This document shows positions 1-9,182 of a stretch of DNA of 64,000 bases, piece by piece. The notes under the pieces are model-generated. The model saw only the letters and a program-made list of their open reading frames with translations, did no database searches and was not told where the DNA came from. Numbering within the stretch: position 1 is the first letter of the stretch; each line of letters opens with the position of its first letter. Location of the stretch: the IMG/VR virus record IMGVR_UViG_3300050581_000228, one strand, 5' to 3'. The position numbers were made by a program, and so were the translations under genes. The stretch is from a virus (lineage: Duplodnaviria; Heunggongvirae; Uroviricota; Caudoviricetes).

Positions 1-1666
1 GATTGGTCAGAGAACACACGTCATGCGTCTCAATGGCCTCCTCGAACTCCTTCCCAAGGTTCTCCACGGCCTCTTGATAGCTCACCGTAGAGAGCGGCTG
101 GCCGCCGCGCGCCCCATCGGGGTAGCAGGTGAAGCCGCGAAGACGCGGGGCATACTTCGCCAGCGTCAAGGCAAAATCGTTCACCGTGTCGGGATTGTTC
201 CGCTTGCTTCCCCACTTGGGCAGATTGATCGTGCTGCTGATGGCCTGATCCACGTAGTCCTGGATGTCGGCCTGCACCCTCATCCGCCGCTCATAGTCCT
301 CTGCAAGGTCGAGGGCGCTTTCCACTTGGTCAGGATCAAGGCCGTAGAGCTTGATTAGCTCTTGGGCGGCCGAATCCACGACGTACTGGTAATGCCACTT
401 GGTCCCCTCCCGCAGATACCGGCGCTTGTAGGCGACGGCGAAGATCGGCTCGATGCCGGTGCTGGTGCCGGCGAGAATGCCGATCGTTCCTGTCGGCGCG
501 ATGGCGCGTCGGGCGATCGGACGCGAGACGCCCAGCTTATCGGCGAACTCGTTCGAGACCTTATTCGTGACGCCCCGGTAGAACCTCAGCCAGTTGTGAA
601 GCTCGGGTGTTACCTCGTAACGATAGCCGTGTTTGAGCAGCCATTCGTGAATGCCCATCAAGCCGACGCCCAGCCGGCGGTTTTTCTCTCGGACCTTCTG
701 AATCTTCTCGTAGGGCAGGTCCGCCCGGAGCGTTCCGCAGAGCAGGAACTTGGTGGCCAGTTCGAGGACTGTCTTGTACTCCTCGATGTTCTCGATGCGT
801 CCCAGGTTCACGCTGCCAAGGTTGCACACGTCGGAGTCGTCTCCACTGACGACCTCCGTGCAGGCGTTTCTCAGCGTGTCTCGCTCTTGCTCGAACAGGT
901 TGAACGAGAACCCAGGCTCGGCCGTCGAGACAGCCTGCAAGACATTCCGCTTGAACAACTCGCCAGGATCGCCAGTTTGACACAACGGGAGGAACCACGA
1001 TGTATCGTAGTTCACCGAGATGTTCGTCATGTCCAGCGGCGCGGGCCAGTTCTGGTCGTGTTGCTTGACCTCGGCCAGCGTCAGCCGCGTGCCGGGGACG
1101 AGCAGGTCGTGCCAGTTCTTCACGGTCAGGAACTTTTCGATGTCGCCGTGTCGCCAGTTCAGCGAGGCATAGATAGCGGATCGCCGGCTGCCGCCCTGCA
1201 TGACGTTGCGGCCAATCTCGTTTATCATCAGCATCTTGGGGATCGGCCCACTGGCGTATCCTCCCGTGCCGGAGAGGATCGAATTGCTCTTGCGATAGAT
1301 CGAGTAGTCGATGCCGATCCCGCCGCCGGTCATCAGGCAGCTTTCCGCCTTCCAGCTAAGATTGGCCCAATCCTCGCGCGAGTCCTCTTCTGCGCACAGA
1401 AGGTAACAGTTGTTGTAGAATTTGCGCGTGCGACCGGCATAGTAGAGATAACGACCGCCGGGGATGAACTTGAGATCGCGGATGAAGCCTCTGAGTAACT
1501 GCATCTCGTCATCGGAGAGCAGTTGCTTATGGTGCGGATTCTTGGTCTCGGGCAGCTTTCCGCACACGTCCTCCACCAATACGTCGGCCAGCTTCGCCCA
1601 TGTCTCGCATCCGGTATGTTGATATTTGGCAATGAAGATGTCCTCGCTGAACTTCGAGCGGAACAT
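1..1666 (-). CDS. ribonucleotide reductase catalytic (large) subunit, partial (C-terminus beyond window start)
   Basis: Hand translation of the minus strand from about 1666 gives MFRSKFSEDIF...KFIPGGRYLYYAGR...NCYLLCAEEDS...GGGIGIDYSIYR...DVCNLGSVNL...LPKWGS. This is the RNR barrel with the CNLGS motif typical of class II/NrdJ-like enzymes. The ORF is absent from the track because it has no stop in the window. Confidence 0.85.
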   Translation of the reverse strand, partial: MFRSKFSEDIFIAKYQHTGCETWAKLADVLVEDVCGKLPETKNPHHKQLLSDDEMQLLRGFIRDLKFIPGGRYLYYAGRTRKFYNNCYLLCAEEDSREDWANLSWKAESCLMTGGGIGIDYSIYRKSNSILSGTGGYASGPIPKMLMINEIGRNVMQGGSRRSAIYASLNWRHGDIEKFLTVKNWHDLLVPGTRLTLAEVKQHDQNWPAPLDMTNISVNYDTSWFLPLCQTGDPGELFKRNVLQAVSTAEPGFSFNLFEQERDTLRNACTEVVSGDDSDVCNLGSVNLGRIENIEEYKTVLELATKFLLCGTLRADLPYEKIQKVREKNRRLGVGLMGIHEWLLKHGYRYEVTPELHNWLRFYRGVTNKVSNEFADKLGVSRPIARRAIAPTGTIGILAGTSTGIEPIFAVAYKRRYLREGTKWHYQYVVDSAAQELIKLYGLDPDQVESALDLAEDYERRMRVQADIQDYVDQAISSTINLPKWGSKRNNPDTVNDFALTLAKYAPRLRGFTCYPDGARGGQPLSTVSYQEAVENLGKEFEEAIETHDVCSLTN

Positions 1667-1888
1667 CGGATTGACTTCGGAATGAAACGTCAAGGTTGCT
1701 TGCTCCCAGGGGACATAGTTGCGGGCCGTAATGAAAGAGTGATGACGGGAATTAGCGCACTCTCTTCCAGCGTGTCATCGGGATGCTGGAAATCGAGCGA
1801 GAAATGAGAGGTGGGGCAATTGAGTTGTTCCATGCCGATCGCCATGCCCTCAAAGATCGTGGCGACGGCTTCGCCGCGCATGAGCGAG

Positions 1889-2231
1889 TCACGCAAACGG
1901 GTTAGAGCCTTTGGGGCAATCGGCATCGGGGTCAACCTTTATGAGTGTGGCGTGGGTGGGTAAACGGTCTTTCTTCCGAAGGCCGAGCTTCTCCTTGACG
2001 AGTCCGCGCGCCTCGCTACGGGTGTTCGCGCGAACCATGCCGTTCCGGCCGTTGCATTCCCAATGCCACTCGAACCGTGGCGGATTGAGGCGCGGGTCCA
2101 GGATCATTCCACCGGCAATCGCCTTGCGTTTGATCTCACGCTTGACCTTTGCCAGGGCTTCCTGGTAGCCGATCCTGCGCGGGCGTCGGGGGAGGGAGTC
2201 GAAGTATTCAATCCGTGTGCGTCTCATCGTC
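1889..2231 (-). CDS. small basic hypothetical protein
   Basis: The 1889..2344 ORF probably starts at MTMRRTRIEYFD; the upstream part overlaps the GNAT gene. Lysine/arginine rich. Confidence 0.3.
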
Positions 2232-2700
2232 ATGCCAGGGGAATAGGGTGCGAGAACAGAACTCCGTCCTCCGGCTGCCCATAGAACGTGAAGTAATCTC
2301 TGAGCAGCGGGACTTCGGCGCGGAAGCCGAGCTTGGTCAGCCAACCGCTGATGTCATCCGGCTCGCCCGGCCGCAGCCGACCCTCCGGCACGAGCATCAG
2401 CAGTTCGATCGCGCCGATTTCACGGGCAAACATGGCGCAGTTGTGGATCAGCCGGCGACCAATGCCCTGGTGCCGGAAAGGAGCCTTCACGGCGACCTTC
2501 TCGATCTCAACATCGCCTTGACGGTTGTTGCGGAACACCACCATGCCGATCGGCGTGCCTCGCCATGTCGCAACGCACGCCATGCAGTCCTGGGCGATTC
2601 GCCGCCAGTCTTTCGGCAGCCAGGCGTAATCGAAGCACTTGATGTCGATGTCCAGCAGATAGTGGGCATCTTGTTCATTGCTAGCACGAATCTGAATCAT
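2230..2700 (-). CDS. GNAT family N-acetyltransferase
   Basis: Acetyl-CoA binding motif VAVKAPFRHQGIGRRL (Q/RxxGxG); size of 156 aa fits. Confidence 0.8.
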   Translation of the reverse strand: MIQIRASNEQDAHYLLDIDIKCFDYAWLPKDWRRIAQDCMACVATWRGTPIGMVVFRNNRQGDVEIEKVAVKAPFRHQGIGRRLIHNCAMFAREIGAIELLMLVPEGRLRPGEPDDISGWLTKLGFRAEVPLLRDYFTFYGQPEDGVLFSHPIPLA

Positions 2701-2702
2701 CT

Positions 2703-3698
2703 CTACTTCCTGAACTGGGGCCTCGCTATCTGGGCGAACAGGTTCTCCTGGACCGACCCATCTGATTGCAGAGCAATCACCTTCTGCTCAAGGTGCTGAC
2801 ACTTGGCGTCGTTTTCCTCGCGGCTCAGGTCGCGGAATATCCAGCCGGTCGTGATTGCATCCCAGCACTCGACCATCCTGCTGAGCACCTTCATCTGATG
2901 AGCGTTGCTCACGCGGGCGCGTTGCTGGGCGATTCGCAACAGCGGTCGGCCTTCCGGCATGTACTTGCTGACGATTTCGTCGATGCAGCACACTACCTCT
3001 TCGTCGCCTATCCGTTCGCCAAGGAGCCAACCGTACATGCAGAGTTGGTCGGCGTACTCCTCGTTGCCGCTTTCCATGTACAACTGATTGATCTCGAATC
3101 CGTGGTGGTCATACGGCACGTAGTCCTTGTGTGCCGTGTTGTGACTCTTGCTCGCCTTGAACGGCGGGCCATAGCCGTCACGGCAAAGGCGGTAGTTCTT
3201 GCTCGGAGAGGCTCCATACTTCGAGCAGAAACCCTTGACCTTCCAATCGAGGATTACGTGGACGCCGCATTCGTGAATGAAGCGACAGTCCGGCTTGCCG
3301 ACGATCGGCACGCCTTTGATCTCGCTACGGACCTCGAACTCAAACCGAGGCGGCTCCTTCGACTTCTGGAGCATGGCCAACAATTCGGCGAACGCGCCGG
3401 TCAGCACGTAGCAGTCGAAGATGTATTTGCCCGCGTCCAGCGCGAAGTCGCGGTTGTGCGGCTCGACTTGGTTCTCGAAAATCGCGGTAAAGTCAAACTG
3501 TGGATCGGCCCCTTTGCCGAACAGCCGCTCATGCAAAGCCGACTTCGCGTAGGCGTCGAAGCCCGCACCGACGCTCATGTAGACCTCTTGGGCGATGCGT
3601 GGGGCGCGCGTCTCGGCCAGATGCTTGATGTAGAACTCTTCTGTGTCTTTTCCCCACAAGGTCAGCGAGGAATGGCTGAGGTAGGTTGGTTTACGCAT
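2703..3698 (-). CDS. PD-(D/E)XK nuclease superfamily protein
   Basis: Likely start MRKPTYLSHSSL. PD...D.K core GKPDCRFIHECGVHVILDWKV. The start overlaps the upstream HAD gene by 8 nt. Confidence 0.5.
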   Translation of the reverse strand: MRKPTYLSHSSLTLWGKDTEEFYIKHLAETRAPRIAQEVYMSVGAGFDAYAKSALHERLFGKGADPQFDFTAIFENQVEPHNRDFALDAGKYIFDCYVLTGAFAELLAMLQKSKEPPRFEFEVRSEIKGVPIVGKPDCRFIHECGVHVILDWKVKGFCSKYGASPSKNYRLCRDGYGPPFKASKSHNTAHKDYVPYDHHGFEINQLYMESGNEEYADQLCMYGWLLGERIGDEEVVCCIDEIVSKYMPEGRPLLRIAQQRARVSNAHQMKVLSRMVECWDAITTGWIFRDLSREENDAKCQHLEQKVIALQSDGSVQENLFAQIARPQFRK

Positions 3699-4209
3699 CG
3701 AGCATCTCCTGAATCGCGCGCCGTAGGTAATCCACGGCTGTGTGGTCTTTGAGCGAATTCCACGGTCGCGGGCATAACAAGGTGGCTCCACCGGCCTGAC
3801 GGAAGGCCAGAATGTTGCTTTCGCGGTCGTCGATCAGCAACGTGCGCCCGTTGGCACACCACGCCTTGTTGGGCGTCAGGACGAATCGCCGCGTGTAGTT
3901 CGGCATTTGCTGTTCGATCCATCGCAGTTTGCCCTCGGCTGAACCGGGCCAAGAGGCAGGCGTGGAACAGATCACCACGTTCTCCGGCCCCACGGCATCT
4001 TCACAGAGGGCCACTATCCCGCGACCGTCCTCCATCCACGGAAGAGTTGCCCACCAGATCGCATCCGTCTTGCCCCAGAGTTCCGCATCGGTAATCTGGA
4101 GTTCGCCGCGATGAAACGCCGTGTTCACATCCATGCCATGTAGGTCATGGACGGGAGATTGGAGATCGACGATCACGCCGTCCATGTCCAGGAAGATGAG
4201 CTTGTTCAT
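3691..4209 (-). CDS. HAD superfamily 5'(3')-deoxyribonucleotidase-like phosphatase
   Basis: MNKLIFLDMDGVIVD (DxDxV) and LLIDD motifs. NT5C-like enzymes are common in phages. Paralog of the 10511..11080 gene. Confidence 0.65.
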   Translation of the reverse strand: MNKLIFLDMDGVIVDLQSPVHDLHGMDVNTAFHRGELQITDAELWGKTDAIWWATLPWMEDGRGIVALCEDAVGPENVVICSTPASWPGSAEGKLRWIEQQMPNYTRRFVLTPNKAWCANGRTLLIDDRESNILAFRQAGGATLLCPRPWNSLKDHTAVDYLRRAIQEMLDA

Positions 4210-4514
4210 GCTGGCTGTCCGTCCCTCCCGTTGACGCAAGGCGTATTGGCATTGCGCAGCGGCACCCCATGCTGCTCGAAACAGGCGACTCCGAGCGTCA
4301 CGACTTTTCGCAGACTCTCCAAGGTCTTCTCGTCGCCGTCCTCGCAGGTTGCCATGCGGAACGCCTGGTCAAGGTAGTGCCCCATGTAGACCAGGAATTC
4401 GCCGACAGTGCGCTTGTGCTCCTGGAAAGTGCCGTTCCATTGGCGTTGCCCCCAGCGGCGGGCTTGGTAGGCACGCTCGCTGGCAATCGCGTCGAAAATC
4501 ATGTCGATGGTCAT
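4206..4514 (-). CDS. hypothetical protein, possibly an all-alpha MazG-like NTP pyrophosphohydrolase
   Basis: 102 aa. ERAYQARRW...VGEFLVYMGHYL...EDGDEKTLESL loosely resembles the MazG EExxE/D pattern. ATGA coupling to the ligase gene stop. Confidence 0.35.
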   Translation of the reverse strand: MTIDMIFDAIASERAYQARRWGQRQWNGTFQEHKRTVGEFLVYMGHYLDQAFRMATCEDGDEKTLESLRKVVTLGVACFEQHGVPLRNANTPCVNGRDGQPA

Positions 4515-5584
4515 TCGTTGTCCTGTGCGCCTTTCCGATCGAGATAGTCCGCGCTCACGCTTTTCAAGATCAGCCGACCGCCGGTAGGAGCGTAGAATTG
4601 CTCAACCTGCGGGGTGATGACGCAGCCTTCTCGATCCTTAAAGCTGCTCTTGATCTTGTCTGAAGTAGCCAGCGTCGTGGGACCGTAGGTGAACTGCCTC
4701 ACGAGGTCTTTGCTGAACGGTCCCTCGTAGAGCACGGGGACCAGTTCGACGCCGAACTGGGCGCAGGCGGCTTTCAACGCCTCCCAGTCGAGATACCTGC
4801 CGTTGACGCTGATGTCGAAAACCCGGTAGCCGTCCTTGTCCTTGACTCCATAGTCGAGGTCTTGAACACACGCCCCGAAGATTTCCCCGAAAACGATCAC
4901 CGAGTTCTTCTCATCGCAGAGATGCGTGAGGAGATTCAAGACGCATTCGTCTTCGAGCGGCTTCCAGTAGATGCACGCCTTGCCTTCTTCCGGTTTCTTC
5001 CGCCTGGTCCGATGGCTCCCGGCCATGAACTCGAATTCGCCGTTCTTGAGGATCAGACCAACCCGGCTGTTCGTGCCGTGAATCTTCTCCGTGATCCGAA
5101 CGATTGTTCCTTCCGCGAAGGCATCGGGATAGCGCCAGATGTTCTCGATTTCTGTGTACTTGTGGAACTGGCTGTCCTCTGGCGCGAGATCGCCGGCAAA
5201 ATACTTGGCCGGCGGCTCGTACTTCTTGGCGGCCCACATCACCGACACGTCGCTCCCCAGGGGATGGGCGCGCAAGAGGTCGGGGGCAGGGATGATGAAA
5301 CCGAAGCTCGGTTCGCCTCGCAGCCGGCAGGCTGCCACCCGACACTGGCACTTGATGCCGTCGAGTTCGGCGTGTTTGAGATACTTCTGGATGCCGAGCG
5401 TTTGGCTGACATCCTGTGGGATCAGAATTCCGGGATGGAAAAAGACAACCCGCTGACCGTGTTGGAACTCGCCCTTGCCGACGATCGTTGTAAGACCCTT
5501 GATGACCGCGATTTCCAGTTTGCTCGCGTTCGGATGGGGCCTGATCTCGTCAATGGCGGTGAGTTCAACGAAAATGTTGGACAT
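4511..5584 (-). CDS. RNA ligase (Rnl2-like nucleotidyltransferase, KIHGTN motif I) with N-terminal tRNA-binding-like OB domain (DraRnl/NgrRnl Rnl5-like architecture)
   Basis: Motif I TEKIHGTN sits at about aa 168. The N-terminal 130 aa (HPNASKLEIAVIKG...GQRVVFF...ACRLRGEPSFGFI) matches the Myf/EMAPII-type tRNA-binding domain pattern. Confidence 0.7.
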   Translation of the reverse strand: MSNIFVELTAIDEIRPHPNASKLEIAVIKGLTTIVGKGEFQHGQRVVFFHPGILIPQDVSQTLGIQKYLKHAELDGIKCQCRVAACRLRGEPSFGFIIPAPDLLRAHPLGSDVSVMWAAKKYEPPAKYFAGDLAPEDSQFHKYTEIENIWRYPDAFAEGTIVRITEKIHGTNSRVGLILKNGEFEFMAGSHRTRRKKPEEGKACIYWKPLEDECVLNLLTHLCDEKNSVIVFGEIFGACVQDLDYGVKDKDGYRVFDISVNGRYLDWEALKAACAQFGVELVPVLYEGPFSKDLVRQFTYGPTTLATSDKIKSSFKDREGCVITPQVEQFYAPTGGRLILKSVSADYLDRKGAQDNE

Positions 5585-5828
5585 AGGCGCGCACCTTGAG
5601 CGCTGGAGGATGGTTGGAGGAAAAGCTAGAGCAACGCCAGACGCGGTTGGCGAGTCCTCTTCAACAGAGACCGCTTGCGCTAGTCGAGTGGTTTAAGTCA
5701 ACCTGGGAGTCTCCCAAGTATCAGGGCGCACGCTGCCTTTTCGAGCAACGTCTTTTCCGGCAGCTAGGGACTGCTCTCCAGCGTTGTCGCTGGCATATTG
5801 CTCAGCCCATCAACTCCCAGGTTGAAGG

Positions 5829-6248
5829 TTATTGAAGGTCTTTGAGGATCGACCGGAGGTACTTGCGGGCAGCCTTGAATCGCAGAATCAGGGCACTGCC
5901 GAGGCAGCCGCCGATCGCCATGCCGACGCCAGAAAGCGTCGATGACGCCAGGTTGGTCAACGTCTCGGTGCCGTGAGTGGCTGCGTAGACCAGGGCAGCA
6001 ACGCCTGACACGGCGACCAGAACCAGGGCAAAGGCCCCGGTGGCGTAGGCAGCCGTGCGCCGCGACCAATGGCCGAGCTTCCTGCCGGCAGGCTTTTCCA
6101 GGACGTTCCGGCGGAAGAAGTCGTGGATGTTCTGGCCCGGCGAGCGATCCAGAGAGATCGTTTGCCTGCCTTCTCCGTTGTCCACGTTCAGCCAGGTGCC
6201 TTCATCGTCCCGGTTGATTTCCACGGTTGTTTCGATAGTTCTGTTCAT
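5829..6248 (-). CDS. hypothetical membrane protein
   Basis: Start MNRTIETTVEIN. C-terminal hydrophobic helices (AFALVLVAVSGVAALVYA, GVGMAIGGCLGSALIL). Confidence 0.4.
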   Translation of the reverse strand: MNRTIETTVEINRDDEGTWLNVDNGEGRQTISLDRSPGQNIHDFFRRNVLEKPAGRKLGHWSRRTAAYATGAFALVLVAVSGVAALVYAATHGTETLTNLASSTLSGVGMAIGGCLGSALILRFKAARKYLRSILKDLQ

Positions 6249-6472
6249 GGATACCTTTTCTCCCGGACCTTGGGCAGTTCGCGCGGGAACTGGCCCACGT
6301 CGTTCAGCACGTTCTCCTCGGCGTACCGCTTGCCGCCCTCGATGATGCCTGCGGCAACGAGCTTCTCCAGGAGCCTGGTCGCCGAGACCCACTGGGACTC
6401 AATCACCAGTCGGCCGTCGATATAGAGGGCTTCCTTCTGGTCTGGAATAGCCACGAGCAATACTTGACTCAT
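6245..6472 (-). CDS. small hypothetical protein
   Basis: MSQVLLVAIPDQKEALYIDG..., 75 aa. ATGA overlap with the stop of the upstream methyltransferase gene. Confidence 0.4.
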   Translation of the reverse strand: MSQVLLVAIPDQKEALYIDGRLVIESQWVSATRLLEKLVAAGIIEGGKRYAEENVLNDVGQFPRELPKVREKRYP

Positions 6473-7107
6473 CGCAATGCCTCCTCTGGCAGGAAATAGT
6501 GTGGTTGGACGCCGTGAACGTTGAAGATCACGACTTCGCAGTGGAACTCGACGCCTGGAAACACATCCAGGGGAAGGCTGACGACCGATGTGATCCTGGC
6601 ACCGCAGTCTCGTAGCCACCGCCAACGTGTGCTTCGTATCCGCTGATTCAGACGAAAGCCCATCGGCGTGAACATGGCGACGGGCATGGTCGGGCGGAAC
6701 AACGTGAACACATGCGACAGGAAGACCTCTGGATAGAGTCGCTTCCCCGCAGCGCCATTGAAGGGTGGGTTGCAAACCACCACATCTGCCTCGGCGAGCA
6801 TCGTTTTGTCGGTGATGTCCTCGAACCGTCCCGTGTGGCAGAAATCACACTGCGATTCGTCCACGTGCGGGTCAATATCGCAACCGAGCACGCGACATCC
6901 AGCCTTCTTCCAAGGGTCGGTCAATCGGCCGGTGCCGATCGCCGGGTCGAGCACCGTCTTGAACTGCGGATGCCGCAGGACGTTGTAGGACATCGAGTTG
7001 TAAAGGATGTCGAACAGGAAGCTCGCAACGCCAGGCGGCGTGTAGATCGTGCTAGGCTTCGGGTTCCTCCGGTAATCGTTTCGTGAAACTGTCAAAGGAC
7101 TCGGCAT
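6469..7107 (-). CDS. N6-adenine DNA methyltransferase
   Basis: Motif I DPAIGTG followed by motif IV NPPF. Confidence 0.8.
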   Translation of the reverse strand: MPSPLTVSRNDYRRNPKPSTIYTPPGVASFLFDILYNSMSYNVLRHPQFKTVLDPAIGTGRLTDPWKKAGCRVLGCDIDPHVDESQCDFCHTGRFEDITDKTMLAEADVVVCNPPFNGAAGKRLYPEVFLSHVFTLFRPTMPVAMFTPMGFRLNQRIRSTRWRWLRDCGARITSVVSLPLDVFPGVEFHCEVVIFNVHGVQPHYFLPEEALR

Positions 7108-7820
7108 CGGTCTTCCATTGGTCGCTCGTGGTCAATCGTCTCCGCAAGCACTTGCTCGACTCGTTGGACGGCCTCAGCAAAATACTTGGCGTCCTTCTCG
7201 ATTCCCACGAAGCGCTTGCCGCTTCGGATCGCGGCTTCGGCCGTGGCACCCGATCCCATGAACCAGTCGCCGATCGTCTCGCCCGGCATCAAAGTCACCA
7301 GTCGTTGCAGGAGTTCGATCGGCTTCTCGGCCGGATGGATGCGATTGCTCGTCGGAACAACCTTGCACGATAGAACAGTCCCTTGGGTGTCCGTGAGCGT
7401 CGCGCCGGTGCCGGAGCACGCCAGGATCAATTCGTGCTGATGCCGCCACGGCCGCCCCATTCCGATCCGCTCCTTGTTCCAGACCAGGCAGACGGATCGC
7501 GGGAACAGGCTGTAGGTAGCTTCGTAGAACACCGGGTAGCTCTGGGCATCACAGAAGAACAGATGGTGTGAGTCCTTGCCGGCAACTTTCTGTGACAGGC
7601 CCACAATCTGCTCAAACCAGCCCCGCAGAATGCTCAGGTCCGCGTAGCAACGGGTCCAGCAATCCTCAGCCCGGCTGGCGTAATGCTGGGCCGGCAGGAA
7701 GAACGGCGGGTCGGTAATGACCGCATCGACCATGCCGGCTGGCAGCCGTCTCAAGACGTGCTCGGCATCACCGCAGAACAGCGAAATGTCGTTCTGCTGC
7801 CAATCAGGCTTCAGGGTCAT
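7092..7820 (-). CDS. DNA methyltransferase (beta-class N4-C/N6-A, ParB-associated type)
   Basis: DPPF near the N-terminus, then HPAEKP and GSGATAEAA (FxGxG-like), the order seen in DNA_methylase N-4/N-6 family. Probable start MTLKPDWQQ. Confidence 0.8.
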   Translation of the reverse strand: MTLKPDWQQNDISLFCGDAEHVLRRLPAGMVDAVITDPPFFLPAQHYASRAEDCWTRCYADLSILRGWFEQIVGLSQKVAGKDSHHLFFCDAQSYPVFYEATYSLFPRSVCLVWNKERIGMGRPWRHQHELILACSGTGATLTDTQGTVLSCKVVPTSNRIHPAEKPIELLQRLVTLMPGETIGDWFMGSGATAEAAIRSGKRFVGIEKDAKYFAEAVQRVEQVLAETIDHERPMEDRCRVL

Positions 7821-8908
7821 TCCACGTCCCTCCGTCGCCAATAGCGGGCTTCCTTCGGGATTCCGTCATCGGTGAGTTCCCGGTACTTGAACGTGACCGT
7901 CTGGCCTGTCTTGAAGCACTTCCCCTGGAAGAATGCTGGCATATCCTCGCCCGGATGCTCGGCCGCCGTGCGGCTCATGTCGGGATTGAGAAACTCGCGC
8001 TCGGCGTCCGTCAGGCCGGCAAGCTCCAGTCGCTTGCCCCTGTAGTCCACGATCAGTGCGCCAATCTTGCCCAGAAGTCGGCTGCCCTTGTTCGTCTCAC
8101 GACCAGACGTGAAACCAACGACCGTAGCCTCAGCGTCCTCGTAGGGTTTGAATTTGAGTAAGCCCTTGTGCCGTTTCGGCGTCCAGGGGGCCATCGGATC
8201 GCGGATCACACAGCCCTCCCCGCCTTGGTCGAGAACCTTTTGGAGGAAATCATTGACATTCGCTTGTGCCTCATCCTCACCCTCCGGCAACCGAAGCTGC
8301 TGATGAATGAAGACCCGATCATTCTGGGTCTCCAAGAACTCGCGCAGGAACATCAACTCATCGTTGAAGGTCGCCGGTGTGTTGACCCAGCCATAACCCG
8401 GCATCCTGTCGATCCGGGGCTTGAACCATTGTTCGATCTGCTCGAAGGCCAGGCTGCGGACCATGTTGGCGTTCTTGATCTCCCCCGACATGAACACGTA
8501 GGGAAGCGCAGGAGCGCTGTAGACCGCATAGCTGATGCGATGGAATCGCGGGTCCGGCTCATCGCCGCCGCAGATCGAGCGGCAAAGCTGGAAATTGCCA
8601 CGACCGGCCCACAATTCCCCATCGAGCGGACACGCCGGAAGGGCATTCAGAAAATCATCCGGGGCCATGATCGGATTACCATACCGGGACCACAGACCCG
8701 TGGCTTTCGGCTTGAGTTTCAACTTTCTCTTGCCGGTTTTCGGGTCTGTCACGCTGGCCCACGGTACTTGTTCGGTAGGGACGCCACGACTCGCGCCGCC
8801 GTCCCAGAAGCAGCGCGTTCCGTCGAGCTTCTCGCTGACCAAGTAGCCGGCGATCTTGTGCTTGTCCGGGTTGTAGGTATCGGCCAGTTGGAGAAACTCA
8901 CGACGCAT
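7817..8908 (-). CDS. ATP-dependent DNA ligase
   Basis: Probable start MRREFLQ. Motif I SEKLDGTR, motif III LDGELW, motif IV EGCVIRD, motif V LLKFK. Confidence 0.85.
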   Translation of the reverse strand: MRREFLQLADTYNPDKHKIAGYLVSEKLDGTRCFWDGGASRGVPTEQVPWASVTDPKTGKRKLKLKPKATGLWSRYGNPIMAPDDFLNALPACPLDGELWAGRGNFQLCRSICGGDEPDPRFHRISYAVYSAPALPYVFMSGEIKNANMVRSLAFEQIEQWFKPRIDRMPGYGWVNTPATFNDELMFLREFLETQNDRVFIHQQLRLPEGEDEAQANVNDFLQKVLDQGGEGCVIRDPMAPWTPKRHKGLLKFKPYEDAEATVVGFTSGRETNKGSRLLGKIGALIVDYRGKRLELAGLTDAEREFLNPDMSRTAAEHPGEDMPAFFQGKCFKTGQTVTFKYRELTDDGIPKEARYWRRRDVE

Positions 8909-9182
8909 TATGTCGCTCCAGGTGCTTGAATGCGGACTCGCTGTAATCGGCAAGGAAACTGCCGGCGCACCCGCAGGCAAACATGACGAACGGATTGAGG
9001 CTGACCAACGGACTGAGCAGGACGCCGCACCAGAAGCCCGCGCACTGGTAGCACTCAAACAAGCCGTGGTAGAGCTTCGGCGGCAGGTGTTGGCGCGCCC
9101 ATGTATCCACCGGCTCCATGATCTCGCTGTCGATCAGGATGTGAGTCATGCCGATGACGGCCAGAAAGAACAGCCAGATCAT
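8898..9182 (-). CDS. small cysteine-rich membrane protein, hypothetical
   Basis: 94 aa. Hydrophobic N-terminus MIWLFFLAVIG, then CYQCAGFWCGVLLSPLV. Confidence 0.4.
   Translation of the reverse strand: MIWLFFLAVIGMTHILIDSEIMEPVDTWARQHLPPKLYHGLFECYQCAGFWCGVLLSPLVSLNPFVMFACGCAGSFLADYSESAFKHLERHNAS

Noticed and set aside
362-1498. 378 aa plus-strand ORF
   Set aside because: Antisense to the clearly recognisable RNR gene. Arg/Asp/Val-rich composition typical of high-GC shadow ORFs.
2766-3752. 328 aa plus-strand ORF
   Set aside because: Antisense shadow of the PD-(D/E)XK nuclease gene; no motifs.
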